64,000 nt of DNA from positions 27,672 to 91,671 of IMG/VR virus record IMGVR_UViG_3300020392_000009; one strand, written 5' to 3'. This document shows positions 1-8,526 of this stretch, piece after piece. Below the pieces are notes generated by a model. That model was given only the letters and a program-made list of their open reading frames with translations, was not told the DNA's origin and did no database searches. How positions within the stretch are numbered: the stretch's first letter is position 1; each line of letters begins with the position of its first letter. The position numbers were made by a program, and so were the translations under genes. The DNA is from a virus.

Positions 1-749
1 CCTTTTTTATCTATTGCACTATCAATTAAGATTTTTCCTCTCTTTGGTAGGAAAGTAACTTCTGCGCCCGTATATCTAGCAATTATATTTTGTGCCTTTG
101 TAATTAGTTGTTCCATATCGCTATTTGTTGGAAAGGTCATAACAGAGTGTGCATTCTTAAACCCCCTATTGTTGCTTTTTGAAAAACTTAATTTGTTTTC
201 GCCTGTTATAGTTTTAGCAGTTTTAAATCTTATTTCTGACTCTATTTCTAACGATAAAGAATCACTTTCAAATTCTTCATCTGACATATCTGCTTGCGAT
301 ATTACAGCAACAATATCCTTTCTAATTTGTTCTCCTACATTAGCAATATCGCTGACTACTGTTCCACTTAACTGAGCAACTAATTTTTCATCAAACTCAG
401 GATTATCTTCTTCTATATTTTTAAGACTCGCCTCTGCCAGCATTTTTTCATCTTCTTCTTTTCTTTTTTCAGTCCTTCTCTTGACAAAACTACTGTATGC
501 CTGTCTGTTAGATTTTAAGTATAAAGTAAGAGGATTCTCTAATAATTCTTCAAAAACACTTTTTAGTTGTTCTATTAATTGTTTAGGGTCATTATCTCTT
601 GCCTCTATTAAATTTATTGACTGCTCAATGAGTTCAACGAAACCCTCGTCTTTACTAGTTCCTAAAATGTATTTTTCCATCTGTTCATTAATAAAATCTG
701 ATGCGGCAGGAAATCTTCTAGTTACTCCATCGTAATCAAAAGCAACCAT
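1..749 (-). CDS. Hypothetical acidic/helical protein, partial (runs off the left edge)
   Basis: ATG at 749 (MVAFDYDGVTRRFPAASDFINEQMEKY...) just after the stop of 759..1415. No stop in the part I translated; absent from the ORF track, consistent with running off the edge. Confidence 0.65.
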   Translation of the reverse strand, partial: MVAFDYDGVTRRFPAASDFINEQMEKYILGTSKDEGFVELIEQSINLIEARDNDPKQLIEQLKSVFEELLENPLTLYLKSNRQAYSSFVKRRTEKRKEEDEKMLAEASLKNIEEDNPEFDEKLVAQLSGTVVSDIANVGEQIRKDIVAVISQADMSDEEFESDSLSLEIESEIRFKTAKTITGENKLSFSKSNNRGFKNAHSVMTFPTNSDMEQLITKAQNIIARYTGAEVTFLPKRGKILIDSAIDKK

Positions 750-758
750 TTAACCAAC

Positions 759-1415
759 TCACATTAACCATTTAGCCCAAGCCGCACCTTTCTGTATTGC
801 ACTACCTAAACCTAAACCGCTTTGTGGTGGTTCATAACTCATTTGTCCTTGAGCATCTATCCAATATGGTCTACCATATCCATCTGTTCCGCTAGGTGGA
901 ATAGGATATCCACTACCATTATTCATAGCGCCCTGCACTTGTTGGTATTGTTGAGTTTGTCCTGTTATTCCTGCTATTGCCATACCTGCCGTTGGTTGTG
1001 TTGGCATTTGACCTCCTCCACTAAATCCTTGCGATTCTAAGTATTGTTGTTTTGCTAGTTTTCTTTGATTAACTACTTCTGTGTTAATAGCGGAGTTTAG
1101 GAGTTTTTGAATGTCTAAATCTATATTTTCCTGAGTAATCTTTTCGTATTCTCTAAGTGAATCAGCATTCACAATAATATTACTACCATTAGAAGTAAGT
1201 TTTAATTTTGCTAACATTTGACTAACCACTCTTTCTATAACATCTTCCATCATCTGTTCTAAAGCCGTCAAAAACATTTCTCCGTGATATTGGAAAAATT
1301 CTTCTACATGATTATCTTGTAGAGAAAGTAGGTTGTTCATTGACTTGAAGTTATTTTGCTGACCTTGTTGAACAGCCCCTAAAACCGTTCCATTACTTGT
1401 TCCTAATATTCCCAC
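759..1415 (-). CDS. Hypothetical Q/G-rich protein with an amphipathic C-terminus
   Basis: 218 aa, co-oriented and tightly packed; ends GLGSAIQKGAAWAKWLM. Confidence 0.75.
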   Translation of the reverse strand: MGILGTSNGTVLGAVQQGQQNNFKSMNNLLSLQDNHVEEFFQYHGEMFLTALEQMMEDVIERVVSQMLAKLKLTSNGSNIIVNADSLREYEKITQENIDLDIQKLLNSAINTEVVNQRKLAKQQYLESQGFSGGGQMPTQPTAGMAIAGITGQTQQYQQVQGAMNNGSGYPIPPSGTDGYGRPYWIDAQGQMSYEPPQSGLGLGSAIQKGAAWAKWLM

Positions 1416-1417
1416 AT

Positions 1418-2095
1418 TTATTCCTCCACGACTTCTTGACTAATTTCTTCCTTTACTTTTTTAATATCATCAACTTTAACTTCTTTATTTATCATTAAAT
1501 AATTCAATCTATCTGTTAGTATATTTATTTCTCCAATTATCTCTACGGCTTCATTGGTCGCTGACCTGTTATCTCCTAAAGTTGGTGGCTTTATTAAATA
1601 ACCGTTTGCTGTTAGTGCTACAATATCATCCTTTGTTAGATTAGATACTGGGCCGCCTTTTAAAATCTTAGGCATTTTAGGCTTAAATGCCTTAAAATCT
1701 AAGCCATGCTTATCTGCTAATATTTGCTGTTGTAGCATTTCTAGTTGCATATACATTGAAGCATGTTTAGGGCAGTAAGTTCCCATTAATGGACGACCCT
1801 TTGTTACCTTATCTAGAGGAATAGGTGGCCTAAGATAATCTCCCGCTTCCCAAATATGGTGCATTCCACATACAACACATCTATCCTTGAGATTAAATTT
1901 TTTTCCATATCTTAGAAATAGTAACTTCTTAGGTTCTGCCTTTAAAACAGCAGTCAATTCTGCTAATTGTTTCTTAGGCTTGATAGCCATAAAGTGGTAT
2001 TCCGTCACTGCTCCACTTGCTCTAGCCTGTTTGATAGGCGATAAACCTAAATTCATATTATTCGTCTGTGCTAACATCTGCTGATTTTGATACAT
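1418..2095 (-). CDS. Putative Zn-binding protein
   Basis: CVVCG...YCPKH (CxxC...CxxH). Confidence 0.7.
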   Translation of the reverse strand: MYQNQQMLAQTNNMNLGLSPIKQARASGAVTEYHFMAIKPKKQLAELTAVLKAEPKKLLFLRYGKKFNLKDRCVVCGMHHIWEAGDYLRPPIPLDKVTKGRPLMGTYCPKHASMYMQLEMLQQQILADKHGLDFKAFKPKMPKILKGGPVSNLTKDDIVALTANGYLIKPPTLGDNRSATNEAVEIIGEINILTDRLNYLMINKEVKVDDIKKVKEEISQEVVEE

Positions 2096-2098
2096 CTT

Positions 2099-2665
2099 TT
2101 ATTCCTCCAATTCTTTTCTCCAATTTTGAGACTCTCTCATTTCTTCTACTTGTTCGGGTGTAAGATACATAGCAGGGTGAATATTTGCTCCCATCATACC
2201 GAATCTTTCGATTATTTCTTTTTGCTTTTTATTAACAAATTGTTTTACTTGTGGATTTTCTTCAAAGGTCTTTATTTCAAAATGAGGGGGGTCGCCATAT
2301 TGACCCAAAGTATAACCGTAAATAACATTCGTAGGAATATTAAATAAATAATCTTCTCCTAATCTTTCTTTATCTTGTTCATCAATACCAAAATATGTAA
2401 TTGCATCTATGTTAATATCTACGGGGTTTCCGTCAAAATCTTCTCCGCCAAAATCGCCATCTACTAAATCTCTTAATGCCACATCGCCATCAATAGTCAG
2501 TGAATATTCTTTTGACATATATGTAATATATCCTCCAGAATCAAAAAATACCTTACTGTCTTTCCCGTATATTCTTTTGAGTTCGTCTAATATCTCTTTA
2601 GTTAAATCATCAATATATTTTTGAGCCGAAGCCCTATCCATTCTTTTTAATATATCAAACCACAT
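2099..2665 (-). CDS. Hypothetical protein with an N-terminal WxDILK tag
   Basis: Probable ATG at 2665, reading MWFDILKR. Confidence 0.7.
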   Translation of the reverse strand: MWFDILKRMDRASAQKYIDDLTKEILDELKRIYGKDSKVFFDSGGYITYMSKEYSLTIDGDVALRDLVDGDFGGEDFDGNPVDINIDAITYFGIDEQDKERLGEDYLFNIPTNVIYGYTLGQYGDPPHFEIKTFEENPQVKQFVNKKQKEIIERFGMMGANIHPAMYLTPEQVEEMRESQNWRKELEE

Positions 2666-2670
2666 AACAA

Positions 2671-3342
2671 TCAATAATCCTTTATCATAGTAGTTATTCC
2701 TTTATACACCATTTCGGGGTCTGATTTTGCTGATACAATATATTTAAAACAAGGTATTCCCTTATCATTAAGTTGCCTCATACCATAAGAGAACGGCTCG
2801 AATATCTCATGTTTATCTATGGGCTTTTCACTTTTATATTTATCTCCCCAAATGTCATATTTATTAGCCCAAATACCAACTGCCATAGGATAATCCGAAT
2901 CTTTTTTCTTTCTACCAGTAGGCCAACGGCTAGCAACAATAGTATCTACTAAAAATTTCCATGCTACTTGGTGGTCTAAGTTTGATGGGTTATCTAAGTG
3001 TCTATGGTCTATCATAAATATAACATACTTTACTCTACGGGTTTGCATGTCTTTTACCCATTCTTTCCAATAAATCGCCTCTCCTCCAATATCAGCACTT
3101 TTTATTGTATGAGAGTCCCCATCTAATTTTATAGTTTTTCTAGAAGCCCTATGCAATCCCACCGTTCTTTTATTTATCTGAGGAACTTCTCCTCTAGTTC
3201 TTAATTGATAACTTAAGGTTGTTTTACCAACCATAGTAGCACCATAAACACCAAAATTAATTGCGTGAATTTTTTTGTAAAAACCTATTATGGCTTCACC
3301 AACTAGTATGGCAAAGCCTGTCATTATTGACATTAAAATCAC
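2671..3342 (-). CDS. Small Ras-superfamily GTPase, Arf/Sar-like
   Basis: G1 GATMVGKTT, G2 RTVG, G3 DIGG, G4 NKYD, G5 SAK, plus a hydrophobic N-terminal extension. Confidence 0.85.
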   Translation of the reverse strand: MILMSIMTGFAILVGEAIIGFYKKIHAINFGVYGATMVGKTTLSYQLRTRGEVPQINKRTVGLHRASRKTIKLDGDSHTIKSADIGGEAIYWKEWVKDMQTRRVKYVIFMIDHRHLDNPSNLDHQVAWKFLVDTIVASRWPTGRKKKDSDYPMAVGIWANKYDIWGDKYKSEKPIDKHEIFEPFSYGMRQLNDKGIPCFKYIVSAKSDPEMVYKGITTMIKDY

Positions 3343-3875
3343 CCGAAGTATTTTTCTAATATTTTATCTATATGAAAAATCATTTCATTTTCAGTATCTA
3401 TGTTGATAGGTAAACCAATAGCAGAAGCAATATATGTTGCATTGAGATGAGTTAATCCATCATCAATTTCATCTTTCAAATTAACTATCAATTCCTTAAC
3501 TCTAGAATCAGGTAAATATTTGTAATCTATATTATCAAGAGAAATGCCTCTGGGCATTCCCATTTCTTTTTTGTTTCTTATATTTCTATTATCGGTGTAT
3601 TCTCTATCGCCTTCTAGCCATTTCTCTTTATTTGTTTTCAAGGCTTGCTTTATCATGGGTTTATCTTTTAATTTAATTCTATCACGGGAAGAACCAAAAA
3701 TAGCATAAATTAATGCTTCATCTAAAGAAGGAGTCCAATATTCGGTATCTTCTTTTCCTTGTGTTCCTTGAAATAACTTATTGTAAGTATTAATGTAAGT
3801 TTCTGTTGGGTAATCATTTGAATCAAAAATAGTAGATTGTATTTTGTAAGGTGATTTGAGAATGTCTTTCCACAT
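3339..3875 (-). CDS. WKDILK-tagged protein, possible ADP-ribosyltransferase-like fold
   Basis: Starts MWKDILKS. LFQGT...YWTPSLDEALIYA resembles the ART LYHGT / YxTxxxxxAxxYA pattern. Confidence 0.45.
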   Translation of the reverse strand: MWKDILKSPYKIQSTIFDSNDYPTETYINTYNKLFQGTQGKEDTEYWTPSLDEALIYAIFGSSRDRIKLKDKPMIKQALKTNKEKWLEGDREYTDNRNIRNKKEMGMPRGISLDNIDYKYLPDSRVKELIVNLKDEIDDGLTHLNATYIASAIGLPINIDTENEMIFHIDKILEKYFG

Positions 3876-3876
3876 A

Positions 3877-4095
3877 TTAATGACTCCAAATATCTTTAGC
3901 CCTCTCTATAATCCAACCCATTATATTAATGTCAAAGACTCCCATAATATTACCAACTAAGAACATAGACAAAGTAGAAAAACCTCCCCAAAACCATGCT
4001 CTCATTTTCAAAAAGAAAATGTCTGCTGAGTGCGCTCTAGATTGATTATAGGCGTAGTCAGAATCAGAAAAGCCCATTATATCTCCAAGAACCAT
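3877..4095 (-). CDS. Small membrane protein
   Basis: Hydrophobic stretch AWFWGGFSTLSMFLVGNIMGVF. Confidence 0.7.
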   Translation of the reverse strand: MVLGDIMGFSDSDYAYNQSRAHSADIFFLKMRAWFWGGFSTLSMFLVGNIMGVFDINIMGWIIERAKDIWSH

Positions 4096-4106
4096 TTAGC
4101 CACCCC

Positions 4107-4496
4107 TCATTGAAGGACTGCTAAAAACTCATTACTAACGGTATTTTCATCGTTTTCATTCTGATTTGCTGAATAGGTAAAACTAGTATTATATTGCTTT
4201 GCGCTTTCAGCCATCTTTCTTCTCTGTTGGTCATCCCTAGCCTTTCTTTCCCAAAACGCAGAAATCTTTCTATCTAGTAGCCAAATTTCTATCTTGTCAT
4301 TTAGGGCTAAATCAAACAAAGCCTTCATTACCATAATTGCTCCTATTGTTCCTAGTCCAAATAATACAGAATGTGCTAAAGCACCATAAGGAAAACCAGT
4401 TCCTATTTTAGCATAAGCAAATACATTAGCCCCACTTACTGCTCCAACAAAAAGTATAGTCATTACTAATCTAGTATCTTGATTTAAAACCGCCAT
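4107..4496 (-). CDS. Two-TM membrane protein (holin-like topology possible)
   Basis: Two N-terminal hydrophobic segments followed by a charged tail. Confidence 0.7.
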   Translation of the reverse strand: MAVLNQDTRLVMTILFVGAVSGANVFAYAKIGTGFPYGALAHSVLFGLGTIGAIMVMKALFDLALNDKIEIWLLDRKISAFWERKARDDQQRRKMAESAKQYNTSFTYSANQNENDENTVSNEFLAVLQ

Positions 4497-4505
4497 TGTA
4501 AAACC

Positions 4506-4787
4506 TCATGAGAACTCAATAGAACAAGCCACTGCACCACTTACTTCCTCGAAAAATAATCCATTTTCACAAAGAACAGAATGCATATCAAACTCTATCG
4601 TTTGTCCCGAAGATAGTTTTAATCTCGCTATTTCTTTTCCGGAGTTACTAGTTCCATCAAATACTTTTACTTCTGCTGTGCTACCACCTACTTCGCAAGC
4701 ATGAATAGAAACTAATCTACAACTACCATCAAAGACAATAGCATCTGCTGTCAATACTCCGCTTGTTCTACAACCACCGCTAGGCAT
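4506..4787 (-). CDS. Small beta-rich protein, possibly virion-associated
   Basis: 93 aa, downstream of the capsid genes. Confidence 0.55.
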   Translation of the reverse strand: MPSGGCRTSGVLTADAIVFDGSCRLVSIHACEVGGSTAEVKVFDGTSNSGKEIARLKLSSGQTIEFDMHSVLCENGLFFEEVSGAVACSIEFS

Positions 4788-4843
4788 ATTATCTCCTCAA
4801 ACAGCGTTAGTTACAATACCTATTATAACTTTCCTAAGTCAAT

Positions 4844-5188
4844 CTACTCCTTTTTTGGAGTTTTTGCCTTAGTAGTTTTAGGTTTTGTTGTCTTTGGTTT
4901 GGTATTTCTAGTCTTTTTTACAGCCTTTGGTATTAGCAAATCCACTAAATCTTGATGAGTCTTTATCGCTTGTTTTGTTTCAAAAGCGGCTACTTTTAGT
5001 TTGGCCTCTTCTAAGCCAAGTATGGCTTCTTCATCTTCTTTAGTAAATGTAAACATAAAGTCTGGGTGTCCCAACATAGATATTGCAGACCTCAAAGGAA
5101 ACTCAACGGGTGTATCTTTTGTTACCAATACACCCGCTAAGTTCTTTTTTTGTATTTCTGCTTTTTCTGTTAGTATAACAGTAGGCAA
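4844..5188 (-). CDS. Hypothetical protein with a K/T-rich C-terminus
   Basis: 114 aa, GGTGA RBS upstream, PKTTKPKTTK tail. Confidence 0.65.
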   Translation of the reverse strand: MPTVILTEKAEIQKKNLAGVLVTKDTPVEFPLRSAISMLGHPDFMFTFTKEDEEAILGLEEAKLKVAAFETKQAIKTHQDLVDLLIPKAVKKTRNTKPKTTKPKTTKAKTPKKE

Positions 5189-5197
5189 TAAATCACC

Positions 5198-5776
5198 TCA
5201 AAGGTTTCCAAAGACCTTTAGTTTTACAGTTCCCAAATCACCGGATTGTAGAGAAGCCGACAATAAAGCGGCTGAACCTGTGGTGTATGCATAAAGGTAA
5301 AAGAAAGTCTTATCCGCAGAGATATCACCGATAATATAGTGGCAATCATGGTCTGATTGACCTACTAATTCAATAGAAGTTATAGTGTCTAGTCCAAAAC
5401 TAGATGCTAAAATCTTTTCACCTGCATGAGTAACTTGTTCATCACCGTCACCGGATTCTGCCGCTACTACTTGAAGTGTGTTAAATACTGTTGCTGATAA
5501 AGCACTAATTTTTATCACATCATCATTGTTATTTGCGGCTGAACCTTCTATAACAACATGGTCGCCAACTACAAATCCGTCATCAATGTAACTACCTGCG
5601 GCTCTTGTATATTTCTTAGCCGCAGCAGAAGTAATGGTTTGACTTGCCGCAGTAGCAGTTGTTCCTGTTCTGTAAGAGGAAATGGCTACGCTACCCAATG
5701 CTATGTATTCATCACCAACGGCTCTAGGTTTAGTAAATCCCTTATGGTCGGGTAAAAGTGTTACAGTATTAGTCAC
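5198..5776 (-). CDS. Putative capsid decoration or minor structural protein
   Basis: Immediately downstream of the MCP; A/S/T/G/D-rich, beta-type composition. Confidence 0.5.
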   Translation of the reverse strand: MTNTVTLLPDHKGFTKPRAVGDEYIALGSVAISSYRTGTTATAASQTITSAAAKKYTRAAGSYIDDGFVVGDHVVIEGSAANNNDDVIKISALSATVFNTLQVVAAESGDGDEQVTHAGEKILASSFGLDTITSIELVGQSDHDCHYIIGDISADKTFFYLYAYTTGSAALLSASLQSGDLGTVKLKVFGNL

Positions 5777-5786
5777 TTAAACCACC

Positions 5787-7172
5787 TCAAAGTAGATTTG
5801 TAATCTTACCCTGTCCTCTAAAGTATGAACAACCAGTTTCACCAATAGTTCGGTAAAGTGCTTGGTTTCCTAGAGTTCCAACACCGAATGGGTTTCCGTT
5901 ACTAATACCATCTTCAAAGTATTGAGTTGGTTTCATAACTGATAACCACAAATGGTCAGTATCTAGAATCAACATATCAGAAAGTCCAGTAGATAGAGAG
6001 TGGTGCTTTGTTGATGGCATAGCCGCAACAGGAATTAGTGGGATATCGTAATAAGTAGAAACTCTAAATCCAACTTCTTGACCCTTTACACCACGAACAC
6101 CGTTTACGGTTGGCACAATTTCTTTACCGTCCATGAATCTTTCTTGTGCTTGTAGCAAATCACTCAATGTTTGTAGAGTATCATATCCAGTTAGTATAAC
6201 TTTTGGAGAACCACCGTTTTGTCGAATCTCTCTTAGAGTTTGGTTAATCAAACTTAGAGTCAAAGACCTTTGGCCACTTGCTGAGTAAGTTCCGTCATTT
6301 ACAACTGCATTCATGAAAGAAGAGTTTGTTCCTGCTCTATCGCTGTTACCGAATAGAGTAGAAGTTTCTGCCTTTCCATTTGTCAAATCAGTATCGTCAA
6401 ATGTTCCATTCTTAATCAAGTCGTTTGCTTTCATGTTTTGTAGTTCTGCGTTGCTTGAAACAATCTTTAGTAGAGAAGTATAGTTTCTTTCAATTGTAGT
6501 AACGCCCGAAGTAATTCCTCCATCAAAGTCATAGGCTTCTAGAGGCATAACTAGCATTTGGTTCTGAACTTCTGCATGGTGCTTACCCATATCTTCACGC
6601 ATTTGCGCTCTAATGTCGCCAATACCATCATCAATTTGTGCAAGTTCCATAGCAAGTTCGCTGAACTCAAATTGATGTGCAATAATCTTTGGGCTTGTAA
6701 ATAGGGTAGAATACTTTGGTGCAATAGAAAACAATCCATCAGCATTAGTTCCTAGTTTAGCATTTTCAGGAACACCACCAATTAAATCTGCTTTAAGTGA
6801 ACTTGCTCCAACAAGTGCATCAGAGTTTGATGCTGTAGAATCAAGGTCAATAGATAGTGAATTTCCGCTACCACCAGCAGGTCTTTCTACCAATACTCTC
6901 CAACCACTTGAAACATAAGGTCTCTTTGAAATAACTGAAAGTGCATTACATTCTCTGTTTAGCATTGACCAAACTTTTTGACCAAATACTCGGTTATACA
7001 AAGCAGACCTATCTCCTATTGATGAAGTTCCGCTTCCTACTCCTAATGTGGTATCATGGCCACTGTGTAGTGCTTGAACTGCACCACTTTGTTTTAGCAA
7101 TTGACCGCTAATGCCCGATAATCCGTATGTCTGTCTTTCTAAATCTGCTATTGTGTTAATATATCCTGTCAT
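5787..7172 (-). CDS. Major capsid protein (HK97 fold)
   Basis: 461 aa directly after the protease-scaffold gene. PKIIAHQFEFSEL and GGSPKVILTG...YYDIPLIP segments are typical of HK97-type MCPs. Confidence 0.85.
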   Translation of the reverse strand: MTGYINTIADLERQTYGLSGISGQLLKQSGAVQALHSGHDTTLGVGSGTSSIGDRSALYNRVFGQKVWSMLNRECNALSVISKRPYVSSGWRVLVERPAGGSGNSLSIDLDSTASNSDALVGASSLKADLIGGVPENAKLGTNADGLFSIAPKYSTLFTSPKIIAHQFEFSELAMELAQIDDGIGDIRAQMREDMGKHHAEVQNQMLVMPLEAYDFDGGITSGVTTIERNYTSLLKIVSSNAELQNMKANDLIKNGTFDDTDLTNGKAETSTLFGNSDRAGTNSSFMNAVVNDGTYSASGQRSLTLSLINQTLREIRQNGGSPKVILTGYDTLQTLSDLLQAQERFMDGKEIVPTVNGVRGVKGQEVGFRVSTYYDIPLIPVAAMPSTKHHSLSTGLSDMLILDTDHLWLSVMKPTQYFEDGISNGNPFGVGTLGNQALYRTIGETGCSYFRGQGKITNLL

Positions 7173-7173
7173 C

Positions 7174-8469
7174 TTAATAACCTCCTACCATTTTGTGAAT
7201 CTCTGACCAATCCATTTCAGCCAAATCTTCCATACTTGGGAGTTCTTCTTCTGCCGCCTTTTGTGCCTTTAGAATTGTTTCTTTTTCAGCAGTCAAAGAC
7301 TTTCTTAGTTGAGTAAACTCATCTTTTAGAGATGCTATTTCGGCTTGAGCATCATATTGTGACTTTGCCAAAACATTTTCTCGGTTTGCTTTTTCTGCGT
7401 TAAATCTTGCACTAAATTGCTTTTCTAGGTTATCTAGAGCAATCTTTTCTAGTTGCTCTTGTCGGAAAGACTCGTATGCTTTCTCGATATTTAGGTTAGA
7501 AAGGTTTAGTGTATCTAATTCATTATTGTTAAATGCTTTAACAACAGGAAGTCCACTTGGCTTAGGATTGCCATTATCAATAACAATTCTATCAGCAGGT
7601 TCTCCAATTTCGACACCTGCTCCGTCTAATGTAGCAACATAGGCTTTATCTGCCATTTTGTCACCATATGCACCTCTTTCCATGTCATCGGTAGGGACAT
7701 CTTGCATTCTTTCCATGTCTTTCATTCTTTCCATGTCTTTCATCCTTTCCATGTCTTTCATAGATTCTTTTTCATCATCCATGTTTTCCATCATATTCTC
7801 ATCTTCCATAGACTCTTTCATGGATTCTTTATCCTCCATCATTTCAGTGTCCATCATTTCGGCTTCTTCTTTTCGTAGCGTATTGACTTGCTCCATTAGA
7901 GTGTCAAGTTCCGCCAATGCTTTTTCTAACTTGCTCATATTTTTCACCTGTTTATCTTGCTTTAAAATATCAAATCTTGCTTCGGGATTTATTCCTTTTT
8001 CACAAATTGTTACCTCATGCAATTCCAGTTTGCTTATTTCATTGTAATCTCCTAACTCCGGATGACTTTTCTTTACTTTTTGTAATGCCTGTCCTCCTAT
8101 GCTAAATGACCTCAATGAACCTTTTCTTACGCCTCTTCCTATTTCTTTGGCTTTTTCTATATCATCTCTTAACTTAATTACTACGAAGAAACCAACATCA
8201 TCTACTTCTGTTTTCCACAATCTCCCCGTTTTATCTCGATATGATTTTACTACTTCTCCAACTTGAACATTTGAGTGATTTGTCATTACATTTCTAAATT
8301 TTGGATTCTGCATATATTTTACTACTGCTTCTTCTAGAGCCTTTAGTGTAATTAAATCGTTTTGTTTGTCTACGATTTCTATGCTTGCATATCCTCCAAT
8401 CATTAAATCTTGATTACTTTTTAAGATGCTAAAGTCGTTGGCTCTATTACTTATCACCGCAGAACTCAT
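7174..8469 (-). CDS. Prohead protease fused to a C-terminal scaffold
   Basis: IGGYASIEIVDKQND, NH, SFSIGG, LHEVTIC...NPEARF are HK97-type prohead protease motifs, followed by an acidic coiled-coil tail. Confidence 0.88.
   Translation of the reverse strand: MSSAVISNRANDFSILKSNQDLMIGGYASIEIVDKQNDLITLKALEEAVVKYMQNPKFRNVMTNHSNVQVGEVVKSYRDKTGRLWKTEVDDVGFFVVIKLRDDIEKAKEIGRGVRKGSLRSFSIGGQALQKVKKSHPELGDYNEISKLELHEVTICEKGINPEARFDILKQDKQVKNMSKLEKALAELDTLMEQVNTLRKEEAEMMDTEMMEDKESMKESMEDENMMENMDDEKESMKDMERMKDMERMKDMERMQDVPTDDMERGAYGDKMADKAYVATLDGAGVEIGEPADRIVIDNGNPKPSGLPVVKAFNNNELDTLNLSNLNIEKAYESFRQEQLEKIALDNLEKQFSARFNAEKANRENVLAKSQYDAQAEIASLKDEFTQLRKSLTAEKETILKAQKAAEEELPSMEDLAEMDWSEIHKMVGGY
7708..7761 (-). 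repeat. 18-bp tandem repeat x3 encoding MKDMER
   Basis: (t/c)ctttccatgtctttcat repeated three times within the scaffold region. Confidence 0.9.
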
Positions 8470-8526
8470 ACCTCTCGTTTTAATGATTTTAAACTTTCAC
8501 TATTTAAAGAACACGGTATTTTCCAT

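Noticed and set aside
6551-6745. Overlapping alternative-frame ORFs inside MCP, protease and portal (6551, 14738, 22525 and similar)
   Set aside because: They are short, have no RBS or motifs, and are expected by chance.
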